Shown here: positions 9,168-18,908 of the stretch, piece after piece
Position numbering within the stretch: position 1 is the stretch's first letter
How the letters are laid out: each line of letters starts with the position of its first letter
Position numbers and translations under genes: made by a program
Assembly (NCBI GenBank): GCA_964230645.1
Contig: CAXRHT010000002.1
Location: forward strand, 704,001 to 768,000
DNA length: 64,000 bases
Reading direction: 5' to 3'
From: Bdellovibrionales bacterium
GTDB lineage: Bacteria; Bdellovibrionota; Bdellovibrionia; Bdellovibrionales; JAGQZY01
The notes under the pieces: generated by a model
Seen by the model: only the letters and a program-made list of their open reading frames with translations
What the model was told of the DNA's origin: nothing
Database searches by the model: none

Positions 9168-10295
9168 ATGTTAAACGCCAATCATGAAAAAGTTTTTGAA
9201 GTGGTCGATACCGAACTTGATTTTAAAGGTTGGATTGCCATTCATACATTAAAAAACAATATCGCTTTTGGTGGCTGCCGTTTTGACCTATCAGTGGATA
9301 AAGAAATGGTCATGGAACTGGCTCGTTGTATGACTCTTAAACTAGCCTCTCATGGATTACCTACCGGAGGAGCAAAGGGCGGTCTCTGCGTGGACCCTCG
9401 CCGTCCTGACATCAAAGAGGTTATAAAATCTTTTGCGCAGAAATCAAAAGAGATACTCACCTCACAGGTCATTTTAGGAAAAGATCTCGGCGCTACGGAT
9501 GAAATGATGGTAGCCCTTTACCAGGCTCTTGATGTTCCTCAAATGCACCTAAGTCAAAAACACTGGCCCCATCGCAACGTGCCTGATCGCTTGAATTTAC
9601 TTCGTGGCTATCGCAAACATATGACAGGACTGGGAGTGGCCTTTTCAGCGCACTCACTGTTTAATTCTCGCCTGAGTGAGCGCAAAGTCATTATCCAAGG
9701 AGCCGGAGCTGTTGGAATGGGAGCGGCCTTTCGCTTCGAAGAGTTTGGAGCCAAAGTTGTTGGGATCAGTGATGCCAAACACTGCATTTATCGGTCCGAA
9801 GGTTTTAGTTTTTTAGAACTGCAACAATGGGTGGAGCAAGGGCAAATTCAGACAACCCGTCTTCCCGAAAACGTGGAGTGCTTAGAGAACTCAAAACTTT
9901 TTGAACAAACGGCTGACATTTGCGTTCTTGCCGCCACTTCTAATAGTGTAACCAGAGAGCATGCCAGTAGTATGAAAGTTGAAGCTGTGATAGAGGGATC
10001 AAATTTTGGTTTACAATCTGAGGCCCGAAAGTGCTTACAAGACCAGAAGGTCGTTGTTGTGCCTGATGTGATTGCAAGTAGTTCCAGTGCTGCTATGGTC
10101 TGCCATCAAATTTCTCAAGGGAATTTATTCACCCAGGGGGAGCTGTGGGACAAGATTCTTAGCTCCATCAAAGAGGCTGTGCAAAAATCAGCCGAGGTCG
10201 CAAGCATTGAAAATTGTGATCTAAGACAAGCCTATACGGAAATCGTTGCGCCTGAACTTCTTGAAAAGTCTCAGACACAAAAACAAGTGGCTTAA
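9168..10295 (+). CDS. Glu/Leu/Phe/Val dehydrogenase family protein
   Basis: GGCRF, LARCMTLK, GGAKGG, GKDLG, TGLGV, Rossmann QGAGAVG, VIEGSN, VVPD. Confidence 0.88.
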   Translation: MLNANHEKVFEVVDTELDFKGWIAIHTLKNNIAFGGCRFDLSVDKEMVMELARCMTLKLASHGLPTGGAKGGLCVDPRRPDIKEVIKSFAQKSKEILTSQVILGKDLGATDEMMVALYQALDVPQMHLSQKHWPHRNVPDRLNLLRGYRKHMTGLGVAFSAHSLFNSRLSERKVIIQGAGAVGMGAAFRFEEFGAKVVGISDAKHCIYRSEGFSFLELQQWVEQGQIQTTRLPENVECLENSKLFEQTADICVLAATSNSVTREHASSMKVEAVIEGSNFGLQSEARKCLQDQKVVVVPDVIASSSSAAMVCHQISQGNLFTQGELWDKILSSIKEAVQKSAEVASIENCDLRQAYTEIVAPELLEKSQTQKQVA

Positions 10296-11378
10296 TTAAA
10301 GCTGAGCAATGTAAATAAAAGAGCCCCCTGCACGCACGCCGGGCTCAATGATTTTGCAACCAGACTCTTTAAAGATCCCGTGCCAGTCATCCTGGGTTCT
10401 GGGAAGTCCTTGCCTTGAAAGGTAGTGAATCAAACGGTAATCAAGACGTCCAAAGTGTTTCAATGGAGCCCCACCGGGATTAAAAGCATCAAAGTCCTCC
10501 ACTTCTATGGCAAGAAGATTCTTACCCTTAAACTGGGCCTGAAGGGACTTTATAACTTTGATGATGGCGTCCCGACCATCCCGACCAAATTCATGCAGCA
10601 TATACATCGCAGTGATAAAATCCACTTTTTCGACTTCTTCTGCACTCAAGGGCAAATCCTCAGCCCCCACCTCGGCCTGATAAAAAGACAATCGGTTTTC
10701 AAGCTCAAAATTCTTTGAGTTGCCATTGGCCTGAGAGAGGGCCTCTTTGGACATATCCACACCCACTCCTGAAATTTCTGGATTTAAGCGTAAAAGCTGC
10801 ATCAGAAAATCACCGGTACCACAACCAAGATCTAAGACACATTCAACGCCATGGTTCTGTAGAGTGTCCAAAACTTTGGGAATGGTAAAGGCACAAGTCG
10901 CATAAGCCGTTCCTGCAGCCGCGTGACGAGTGGATCTATCGAAGTAGGGATCATCAAGGGGTCTTTTCTTAGCTAAAATATCGGTAAGATCGGTGAGAAC
11001 TCTTTTATAGGCTCCGGGATAAATATTAAGAACCCCTCGGGTGTAAGCATTAAAATAACGCTGTCCTTTTTCTGTGGGAATGAATTCATCACCTTGGACT
11101 TCAAAGGCCCCACAGCCGGTGAGATAATTCATCAGATGTTCCATTGTGGTTTCATCAGCATCCAAAGCCTTTGCGGCCTCACTCACCTTAAATCGACCCT
11201 TTTCACGCAGATACTCGTAAAAACCGCAGTCTGACAATGCCAGCAGGACATTGGTCAAGATAGACTGGGAGATCATATTGCGAGCCTCAACGATGGGATC
11301 CACTGGACCTTGCTGTTGTTCACGCACAATGGCGGCCTCTTTAAGTATGTCGTAAGAATTTGAATCTTTTTTGCTCAT
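10296..11378 (-). CDS. SAM-dependent methyltransferase, MppJ/MrsA (2-oxo-acid C-methyltransferase)-like
   Basis: N-terminal wHTH dimerisation region, VLDLGCGTG, C-terminal MLHE and YRLIHYLSRQGL His motifs. Confidence 0.8.
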   Translation of the reverse strand: MSKKDSNSYDILKEAAIVREQQQGPVDPIVEARNMISQSILTNVLLALSDCGFYEYLREKGRFKVSEAAKALDADETTMEHLMNYLTGCGAFEVQGDEFIPTEKGQRYFNAYTRGVLNIYPGAYKRVLTDLTDILAKKRPLDDPYFDRSTRHAAAGTAYATCAFTIPKVLDTLQNHGVECVLDLGCGTGDFLMQLLRLNPEISGVGVDMSKEALSQANGNSKNFELENRLSFYQAEVGAEDLPLSAEEVEKVDFITAMYMLHEFGRDGRDAIIKVIKSLQAQFKGKNLLAIEVEDFDAFNPGGAPLKHFGRLDYRLIHYLSRQGLPRTQDDWHGIFKESGCKIIEPGVRAGGSFIYIAQL

Positions 11379-11467
11379 GATGTGACTCCCTCTTGCCTAG
11401 GAATTTATTGTAGGAAAAAATCAAACCACTGAGGAGTCCAATTTTTAAAGGATCTTTATTGATCGTG

Positions 11468-12325
11468 TTAAGCCCCCTGCCGACTTTTGATATTCACATC
11501 TTCTGTCCGCCGGGGTTTTGTGATCTCTAAAACAGAAATAGCCTTTAAAAGATCAATAAACTCCTGGGCCTCGGGTGTTTGAGCCGATGATCCCTCAAGG
11601 CGAACTTTATTTTGAATTTGATGATAAAAGGTTTCATCACTCTTCCCCTCAAATAGGGAATTAAAAGTTTCTTTGAGCCCCTTGCAGTTGAGCAAAAGGT
11701 TTTTGTAGTTTTCCGTGATAGCCACAAAATCATCAACGAATTCATTTTTACCTTCTAGCTCCTCTTGTCCCACATAAAGAAAATTGGGTTTGAGTAAGCC
11801 TTTTCGAATCGCAGCAGAAACTCGAGGATTTGATGTGCCCAAGTGAACACCTTTTAGTTTGGGACCAAAAAGTTGTTGGCAGAACTCAAAGCGATGCCGC
11901 AACAGTGTGTGATAAAAACGGTTACTACGAAATTTTTTTAAAGTGTAGCAACGAGAAATGACTGGAAATCCTTCATGACTAAAACTATGACATATCTTTT
12001 CTGCGACAGCTCCCGCGGCAAAAAAAACTCTTTCTCCACTCCCCGTCTCGCCATAGTAAAAAAACAAATGAGTCGGACGTCTTTGATTTTCAAAGACCTT
12101 CAGATTGTTTAGAACCGGGCCAGAATTGAGTGCATCAAACCACTTCCAGGTATGGGAGTAACCGCCCTGCTTCAACTCGCTAAACAAACGAATGAGATCT
12201 TCGCAACGAGCTTGTGAAGTGGCCACCACTCGGCGCCACCCTAATTTAAATAATGTTTCCTTGGGAACTTGGACCTGCACTTCATAGGATGTTTCGGGTA
12301 AACTTAATTTTAAAGCAACACTCAT
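11468..12325 (-). CDS. Hypothetical protein, possibly GNAT-like fold
   Basis: Long ORF. FPVISRCYTLKKFRSNRFYHTLL resembles GNAT motif A. Start at ATG 12325 is tentative. Confidence 0.55.
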   Translation of the reverse strand: MSVALKLSLPETSYEVQVQVPKETLFKLGWRRVVATSQARCEDLIRLFSELKQGGYSHTWKWFDALNSGPVLNNLKVFENQRRPTHLFFYYGETGSGERVFFAAGAVAEKICHSFSHEGFPVISRCYTLKKFRSNRFYHTLLRHRFEFCQQLFGPKLKGVHLGTSNPRVSAAIRKGLLKPNFLYVGQEELEGKNEFVDDFVAITENYKNLLLNCKGLKETFNSLFEGKSDETFYHQIQNKVRLEGSSAQTPEAQEFIDLLKAISVLEITKPRRTEDVNIKSRQGA

Positions 12326-12547
12326 AAACGACCTGCTTGATGGCTTGGTAATTTTTCTTGATAGTTTTTTTATCGGAGTGGCTGGGATCAAAGTTTAGCT
12401 ATTTCTATTGATTCTTTTAACGAGACAATCCCTGTGAGCGAACGTTTAAGAAAGAGACAGTTTGCAAAGACTCGTAAATGTGTCATGATTAATAGACGCA
12501 TCAATTGGCTCTAATTTGTTCTCAAACTATTATCAACGGGAGTGCTC

Positions 12548-12964
12548 ATGATCAAAATTACAGCTCGTATGCAAAATCAATTGCGTTGTGAATTAACTCA
12601 CAAAAATTTAAACAGTTCATTAACCACAGACGCTCCTAAAACTCTCCAAGGCCTAGAGGAAAACTTCTCTCCCACTGATTTAGTGGCAAGCGCTCTAGCC
12701 ACTTGTGTACTCGTGAGCATGGGTGTGGTCGCCAGACGTCATGATATCAACCTAGAAGGTACGGTGGCCGAAGTACAAAAGAAAATGACAGACACTCCAA
12801 AACGACGCATTGAAAGCCTTGATTTGGTCGTAAAAATAAAAACAAATGTACTTAGTAAGCAAAAAAAGCTTCTGGAAGCCGCCGCTCATTCTTGTCCCGT
12901 GGCCTCAAGCCTTCATCCCGACACCAAGCTTTCTTTACGTTTTGAATATGAGGAACAGTCATGA
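12548..12964 (+). CDS. OsmC/Ohr (YhfA-like) family protein
   Basis: TDAP..FSPTDLVASALATC..SCPVASSL, with two conserved Cys. ATGA overlap with the next gene. Confidence 0.9.
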   Translation: MIKITARMQNQLRCELTHKNLNSSLTTDAPKTLQGLEENFSPTDLVASALATCVLVSMGVVARRHDINLEGTVAEVQKKMTDTPKRRIESLDLVVKIKTNVLSKQKKLLEAAAHSCPVASSLHPDTKLSLRFEYEEQS

Positions 12965-14007
12965 AAAAAGACTTTGAATCTCCTGAGAATTGGTACCACA
13001 CAGTCGGGGCTCACTATTTAGCCGTACAGATATATTTCCACCTCAATCAGGTGGGAGTTATGAATTATATCTTAGATCATGCTCCGGTAAATTCTGAGGA
13101 AATCGCGAAAGAGTTAAAATTAGATCAGCGTCTTGTCACTGATCTTTTATTATACATCGCCCATGTCGATGTGGTTATCGAAGTTAACGATAAAAACGAA
13201 TTCCAATACACCGATTTTGGACAAGAGGTGATTAAGCGCTACAGTCGTGTAGAAAATAATAAAACAACCCTCAACTTTCACAATGTGCGTGTGGGTGGTT
13301 TTAGTCCCATCTTTAATTCTATGACCGAGATGCTAAAGATGGAAAAAAGCTATGGTAAGGATATTTTTCGAGATGGTGGCGCCATTGAAGAAGGCCTCTA
13401 TACAATTAGTGATCGATTTGTTGGTGCTGTGCACACGGCTATTAGTAGACTTAACCCATCGGCCATTGTTGAACTTGGAACCGACACAGGCCTTATTTGG
13501 AAGGCTCATGAAGCCGCCCCAAACACTCCCCTTTTTGGATTGGATAAAAGCGAAGCTGTCATTAAAGAGGCAAAACAAAAACTGGCAACCTCGCAGTCAA
13601 AGGCTCAGGTCACCTGGTTACAAGATAACCTCTACAATGTTGATCAATGGGCTTCAAAAATTGAACCCAAAGATAAAGTCTGCTTTTTTAGCGTGCATTT
13701 TCATGAATTTGTCAAAGAAACCAAAAAAGATGTGGCAAAAGCCATTGAGGAAATGAAACGTTATTTTTCAGGCTCACACATTATCGTGTTAGAGCAGCCC
13801 ATGCACTCTTCAAGTGACAAAAACAAAATGTCTGAGGCCCTGTGGCTCTATTCCCACTCCAATGTTCTCATTCATCATCTTATTAACAGCGGACGCATTT
13901 TACCTATTAAGGAGTGGATTGATCTTTTTCAAGACTCCGGGGCCAAGCTTGTGGACCAAAGGGAAACCGGTTATTTGGGATATGAGGCTCTTGATTTTAA
14001 ACTCTGA
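12961..14007 (+). CDS. SAM-dependent methyltransferase, divergent paralog of 10296..11378
   Basis: N-terminal wHTH, IVELGTDTG (degenerate SAM motif), HFHEF and NVLIHHLINSG His motifs. Confidence 0.72.
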   Translation: MKKDFESPENWYHTVGAHYLAVQIYFHLNQVGVMNYILDHAPVNSEEIAKELKLDQRLVTDLLLYIAHVDVVIEVNDKNEFQYTDFGQEVIKRYSRVENNKTTLNFHNVRVGGFSPIFNSMTEMLKMEKSYGKDIFRDGGAIEEGLYTISDRFVGAVHTAISRLNPSAIVELGTDTGLIWKAHEAAPNTPLFGLDKSEAVIKEAKQKLATSQSKAQVTWLQDNLYNVDQWASKIEPKDKVCFFSVHFHEFVKETKKDVAKAIEEMKRYFSGSHIIVLEQPMHSSSDKNKMSEALWLYSHSNVLIHHLINSGRILPIKEWIDLFQDSGAKLVDQRETGYLGYEALDFKL

Positions 14008-14012
14008 GGTCT

Positions 14013-14930
14013 TTAGACCCTCACTGCTAACTCATAAATTGACTTTGGAAGCTCTCCTAGAACTTCCCCCTTTTTATTGCGCTGGGGGTATTTAGGGAAG
14101 AGTAGAAAACCATCCTGTGGAACTTCGATCGACTCATTCCTTGAGTTCGCTCCGATCACTTCTCCCGCCTTTACCTCAGTAAAGTTTAAGTAACCGGGCT
14201 TAAGAGCCATTTTTGAATCATCGAATTTTTCTTGATAAATTATTTTGAGGCGCTCAAATGGCTCATGGGAATTATTATCCAGAGAAAGGTTGCAATTTAA
14301 ATCAATCATCTTTTTTAAATGAAGAAGGGTTAATTCGGTCACCTCATCACTAAAACCCTTCTGATACATTTCTAGACATATATGAGCCACTCCCTCATTC
14401 ATAGCAGCGCCCATAAAAGTCCCATAATCTTTATTCAGTTTCGCTGGTACTTCGATTAAATAAGGGGCCCCACTCAAATAGGCAGCTAAAGAAAGAGATT
14501 TCTCTTCATTCTCAGCCAGATAAAAGCAATGACGACTGGCCTCGATGGTTTGATGTAAGTCAAGATGATAGTCCACCCCGCTTAAGAGTGACTGCAATTG
14601 CCGAGCACGCTTAGCCTCTGCATGGTCGCCTTTGTTATTACCAAACTGACGATTTAAATCCGCTTGTAAGAATCGCTTTTCTGCCAGGATAGCCTTAGGA
14701 TTTCCTAAGGCGAAAACCAATGATCCACTCAGGCTCCACCTTTCCTCATTTATGTTTTTGATAGTCTCAATCACCCCCGGTAAAGAGCCCACTTCATCAC
14801 CATGAACACAAGCCGTGATAAGCTTTCTTGGCCCAGGACTTACCCCTTTGATCTCAATGGATTCAGAGATGGGCCCGGGATATTGCTCAGTCCACTTCTT
14901 AAAATGAATCAGGCATTCCTCAAGGTTCAT
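14013..14930 (-). CDS. Succinylglutamate desuccinylase/aspartoacylase (M14-like) family hydrolase
   Basis: CVHGDE, GNP, DLNRQF, LDLHQT, CLEM. Start at ATG 14930 overlaps the GNAT stop (TAATG). Confidence 0.88.
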   Translation of the reverse strand: MNLEECLIHFKKWTEQYPGPISESIEIKGVSPGPRKLITACVHGDEVGSLPGVIETIKNINEERWSLSGSLVFALGNPKAILAEKRFLQADLNRQFGNNKGDHAEAKRARQLQSLLSGVDYHLDLHQTIEASRHCFYLAENEEKSLSLAAYLSGAPYLIEVPAKLNKDYGTFMGAAMNEGVAHICLEMYQKGFSDEVTELTLLHLKKMIDLNCNLSLDNNSHEPFERLKIIYQEKFDDSKMALKPGYLNFTEVKAGEVIGANSRNESIEVPQDGFLLFPKYPQRNKKGEVLGELPKSIYELAVRV

Positions 14931-15616
14931 TAAACGCTCTCTTTCCTGCGAACAACCAGCATAGGAAGGCGCTGATGGACACTCCAACCAAATCTTTTAT
15001 ACATCGCTACGGCAGGATCGTTGGGCTCCACCACATGCCCAAAAGGAAGAAGATTCTTATCCATGCACCTTTTGGTTAAATAGGAGAAAATATATCGTCC
15101 TAAACCTTTGCCGCTAAAATCAGGATGAGTACACAAAGTGCTCACTTCCTCAAAGCCTGGTATTCGCATTCTGATTCCAACCATGGCTATGAGGAGGTCT
15201 TCCTGGAAAATTCCAATATAAGGGCCCAGTGCCATGGAATTGGGGCGAAAATACTCGGGGAAAACTTTATTGGTTAACTCAATCATCTGAGGAATATCAT
15301 CCGTAGTTAAGAGTTTAATTTCCCAATCAGCCTCGGGTACCTCTACTTTCTTCTCGCAAATCATTTGAGTGACATAGGTTTCTTTGAGAACTTCCCATTT
15401 TTGACTCAACTGGGGGATCTCACCCACGAAGATTGCCTTCTCATTTTCTGAGAGCAGATTTTGCAATTCTCTTTCATCAAAGGTCTCTTTGTTCTCAACT
15501 GCCGTAAAAAAAGCCATATCACTCGGATACTTTTTAACCTGCTCACCCAGGGCTAAACTTTTGTGATCACTCACCAGGGAATACCAAATAGGATTCTTTA
15601 ATTTTTCAAGACTCAT
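14930..15616 (-). CDS. GNAT family acetyltransferase (FR47-like)
   Basis: LKNPIWYSL, EVSTLCTHPDFSGKGLG, PFGHV..N..AVAMYKRFG. Confidence 0.9.
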   Translation of the reverse strand: MSLEKLKNPIWYSLVSDHKSLALGEQVKKYPSDMAFFTAVENKETFDERELQNLLSENEKAIFVGEIPQLSQKWEVLKETYVTQMICEKKVEVPEADWEIKLLTTDDIPQMIELTNKVFPEYFRPNSMALGPYIGIFQEDLLIAMVGIRMRIPGFEEVSTLCTHPDFSGKGLGRYIFSYLTKRCMDKNLLPFGHVVEPNDPAVAMYKRFGWSVHQRLPMLVVRRKESV

Positions 15617-15638
15617 CAATCATCTCCTCAAAACTTTT

Positions 15639-16982
15639 TTAGGCAGACCTTTTTAGTGGTTTTTTCACCTCGGATGTAGTTACTGGCATTTCTTCTTTTT
15701 TCAGTGACGCTCCCCCTTTAAAAATCAGCACGAGAGAGCCGAGCAGCATCAAAGTAGCAAAACCAATTTCTGTGGTGAAGGCTTCTTTACCGACAAGACA
15801 ACCCACTAAAACGGCAAAAACAGGCTTTACGTACATAAAACTTGAGGCCATTGTTGCTGACCCTTCCCTCAACATCCAGGCAAACATAGAGTCAGCCATG
15901 ACTGTCGCAAAAACCAATAGAAATAAAAAGCTAACAATAGACAATTCACTCACTTCATTCCAAGAAAACTGACTCCAACTTTCAAAAAATGGGGATATAA
16001 GTAAAACCATCAGACCACCGCTTAACATTTCATAACAAACATGATGGGGTTGTACTTTTTTAGCCACCATTTGGGTCCCAACGGCATAAGAGAGCGCCGC
16101 CCCAAGTACGAGAAGGTACTCCCATTTAAATTCTGAAGAGGCTCCTCCAGAGAGAAGTAGCACAGCTAAACTGCCAATACCGAGCAGGAGGCCTGTTGAC
16201 ATCTTCAAATCAAAAATACGATTGGAGCGCATCTGGCCGACCGCAACCACCACAGGATAGATTCCCAAAAGAACACCAGCCACACCGGAAGACACTGACT
16301 GCAGGGCCATAGCTAGACATCCATAAGCCACGGCTCGAAAAAAAAGGCTGGCTAGTAGAACATTTTTAAGCTCATGAGTTTTAATACTGATTTTTCCCGA
16401 AAAACTTTGAAAAATAAAGATCACCGTTCCGGCCAGAAGAAACCGAATGCCTGTCATCAAAAGAGGAGGCAAACTATCAACCGCGTATTTTGTGGCCAAT
16501 AATGAAAAACCACTTACAATATAAAGAAACAAAAGGGCAAAGATTTCTAGATGTTTTTTGTACTCTTGCAGTCTTTCGTAGGCAATCTGTTTTTGCTCAG
16601 CTTCGGCTTTATATTTTTTAACCATCCGTATTTCAACCCCGACGGGGTTGAGATAGATGATTCGATGGAACCTTTCTTTACTTTCTTCGCGCTGAACACA
16701 GGTCATAAAGGTTTCACTGGACCCATCCGCTTTTGTGATTGTCATCTCTGTCATTCGCTGAAGATTTGATTTTTTGACTTTGAGTTTCTTTCGTTGATTC
16801 TTATCTGGCATAACTCGGTCAAGACTAACCTTCCCTTTGCGTTTTAGCCTTTTCTCCGAGAGAACAAAAATCTGGCAAGCCATTGGATTGGCGTAAATCA
16901 CATGATCATTGTCATCGAGGACAAGGACCGCCTCACAGGCTCCTTCAAATAATTCATATTGGCTTCTCACGGCTGCTGACAC
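15639..16982 (-). CDS. PAS-like domain fused to an EamA/DMT family transporter
   Basis: N-terminal EAVLVLDDNDHVIYANPMACQIF (PAS), a coiled linker, then ~10 TM helices with LPPLLMTGIRFLLAG and YVKPVFAVLVG. Confidence 0.82.
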   Translation of the reverse strand: MSAAVRSQYELFEGACEAVLVLDDNDHVIYANPMACQIFVLSEKRLKRKGKVSLDRVMPDKNQRKKLKVKKSNLQRMTEMTITKADGSSETFMTCVQREESKERFHRIIYLNPVGVEIRMVKKYKAEAEQKQIAYERLQEYKKHLEIFALLFLYIVSGFSLLATKYAVDSLPPLLMTGIRFLLAGTVIFIFQSFSGKISIKTHELKNVLLASLFFRAVAYGCLAMALQSVSSGVAGVLLGIYPVVVAVGQMRSNRIFDLKMSTGLLLGIGSLAVLLLSGGASSEFKWEYLLVLGAALSYAVGTQMVAKKVQPHHVCYEMLSGGLMVLLISPFFESWSQFSWNEVSELSIVSFLFLLVFATVMADSMFAWMLREGSATMASSFMYVKPVFAVLVGCLVGKEAFTTEIGFATLMLLGSLVLIFKGGASLKKEEMPVTTSEVKKPLKRSA

Positions 16983-16999
16983 TTACTAGAACTCCTCAA

Positions 17000-18196
17000 T
17001 CAATAATAAGAGGTTTGAGGTTTCTCTCCCACAAGCACCCTACCAAAAAGCTCTTTTGCAACACGAATGTCAAAAGCCGGGTGAGCTTTCATAGCCTTAT
17101 AATCAAGAAAAAAGCGAGTGAGTTCACTTGATGGATTTACAACCTTTACTCCGAGGAGACCCTCGATCCGATCAATGACATTGCCATTGAGTGCAAAAGC
17201 ATAAGCCATATCCAAACGGGTCTTGGCTCTTTCTAAAGTAGTAAATGATTTTTTTTGTTCCATGTGTTCATTGAGCTTTTCACCTATTGATTGATTTAAC
17301 GCTTGAGCGGCGTCGATCTGCGCCTGGGCTGTGGCAAGCTCAGCCAAAGCCAGCGGACTTTTACTTTGAGGTCTTCCTTCATGGGGAATAAAACTTTGCG
17401 CCAATCGACTTTTGGCTTCTTCAAGGACTCGAACCGCTACACCGGAGCAAACCTGAGCCATGAGCCAATTAGCCATAAAAGCCGGAAGATAAAGAATTGG
17501 GGATTGCTTTAGTTGCTCCTCCTCAACCTTAGAAAAAACACGGGAAAAACTAATACCGCGATGCTCAGGGATAAAGTGATCGTTCAACACAACGTCCTTA
17601 CTCCCTGTACCGTGAAGTCCAACAGGAGACCAGGTGCTTTCAATCTCGCATTTTCCTGTAGGCACCAAAAAAGACATCACTTCATTTTTATCGTCGTCTG
17701 TGTTTTTTGCTGTTAGCATAACCCAGTCTGCCGCTTCACAACCACTGGCCCAGCGCCAACGCCCGCTCAAGCGGTAACCACCAAGTACTGAAGTGACTTT
17801 TCCCGTGGGTGCTGAAACTCCGCAAATTATATTATTGACTCCTTTTGGCTGAACTTCCGCTACAGCTTCGTCTGGGAAAAAATGCAACACCCAGCTTGAA
17901 AACGACATATAACTGGCCAGGCACCAGGCAGAGGAGGGGCAGGCCGTCGCCATTTCTTCAATCACTCTTTGAGCCAATAAAAAGTCAGGACTTCTTCCAT
18001 CACGATAAGGAGATATGATTTTCAAAAATCCTGACTCCTTAAAAAGCTTGGCGTTTTCTGGCAGCAGTCGACGAGCCTCAAAAGTTTCTTCATTCAAATC
18101 CGCTAATTTTTTCCTGAGAGGAACAATGCTGTCTTGCACACTTTTCAAGATCATGTCTTCGTTTTCCAAAATTTTTTGCTGAGCCCTTTGAGACAT
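17000..18196 (-). CDS. Acyl-CoA dehydrogenase-fold flavin-dependent monooxygenase (HsaA/C2-hydroxylase-like)
   Basis: ACPSSAW, GYRLSGRWRWASGCEAADW, WSPVGLHGTGS, C-terminal HPAF. AAGGAG SD before ATG 18196. Confidence 0.85.
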   Translation of the reverse strand: MSQRAQQKILENEDMILKSVQDSIVPLRKKLADLNEETFEARRLLPENAKLFKESGFLKIISPYRDGRSPDFLLAQRVIEEMATACPSSAWCLASYMSFSSWVLHFFPDEAVAEVQPKGVNNIICGVSAPTGKVTSVLGGYRLSGRWRWASGCEAADWVMLTAKNTDDDKNEVMSFLVPTGKCEIESTWSPVGLHGTGSKDVVLNDHFIPEHRGISFSRVFSKVEEEQLKQSPILYLPAFMANWLMAQVCSGVAVRVLEEAKSRLAQSFIPHEGRPQSKSPLALAELATAQAQIDAAQALNQSIGEKLNEHMEQKKSFTTLERAKTRLDMAYAFALNGNVIDRIEGLLGVKVVNPSSELTRFFLDYKAMKAHPAFDIRVAKELFGRVLVGEKPQTSYY

Positions 18197-18392
18197 TTGC
18201 ACTCCTTCAATAGACTCTAGCTTATCGGAATTCTTAATAAATTTCTTAAAGCATGAAGAATAGACTGTTATCTAAATTTGAAACAAAAAGACTTGGTTTA
18301 ATGAAGTAATGTCCTATTCAAAAGAGCCTCATTTTACGATGTCTACCTACAGGGATTCTCGCCGAAGGTCTTGGATCTTTGCTTGGGGCTTA

Positions 18393-18908
18393 TCACTGAC
18401 TTTGCTGATTTTGTACGTCTAAAAGAAGACTGGCAACATCCTCGGGTCGAAACTCTGCCATTGCCTTTTCGGAACAAGTGCGACAAGGAACTTGTCTTAT
18501 CTCCTCAATGACCTGAGAGCGTTTTTTATCGTCTGGTTTGTAGTCGCGAGAATGCAAAGTCACCTCAAGTTCTTCATCACAGGACTCACAAAAATAAAGC
18601 ACAATAAGTGACTGAATTCGATAGGCCAGTGGAACAAAGCCGGAGATATAATTTTGAGTCTGAATGATACTCAAGCGTATATTGGAAAAAAAGAGTTCTA
18701 AGTGATTTTTGTCTTTAAAGTTAAATTCCATCCACTGCATCCAACTTCTAATTTCTAGAGAATAGAAATGGCGCACATGGAGCATATCAATTTCGACTTG
18801 CCCAATATCTTTGAGATCCAAGGGTGGAATTGGGTTGGGAAGCTCAGCGGGAAAGAGAATCTTAAGCTCTTTATCTCTGCGATGAATTTCAACTTCTTCA
18901 AGACTCAA
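18393..18908 (-). CDS. STAS-like protein with C-terminal Zn ribbon (CxxC...CxxC)
   Basis: IDMLHVRHFYSLEIRSW, YFCESCDEE, PCRTC. Overlaps the upstream HATPase gene. Confidence 0.65.
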   Translation of the reverse strand: MSLEEVEIHRRDKELKILFPAELPNPIPPLDLKDIGQVEIDMLHVRHFYSLEIRSWMQWMEFNFKDKNHLELFFSNIRLSIIQTQNYISGFVPLAYRIQSLIVLYFCESCDEELEVTLHSRDYKPDDKKRSQVIEEIRQVPCRTCSEKAMAEFRPEDVASLLLDVQNQQSQ

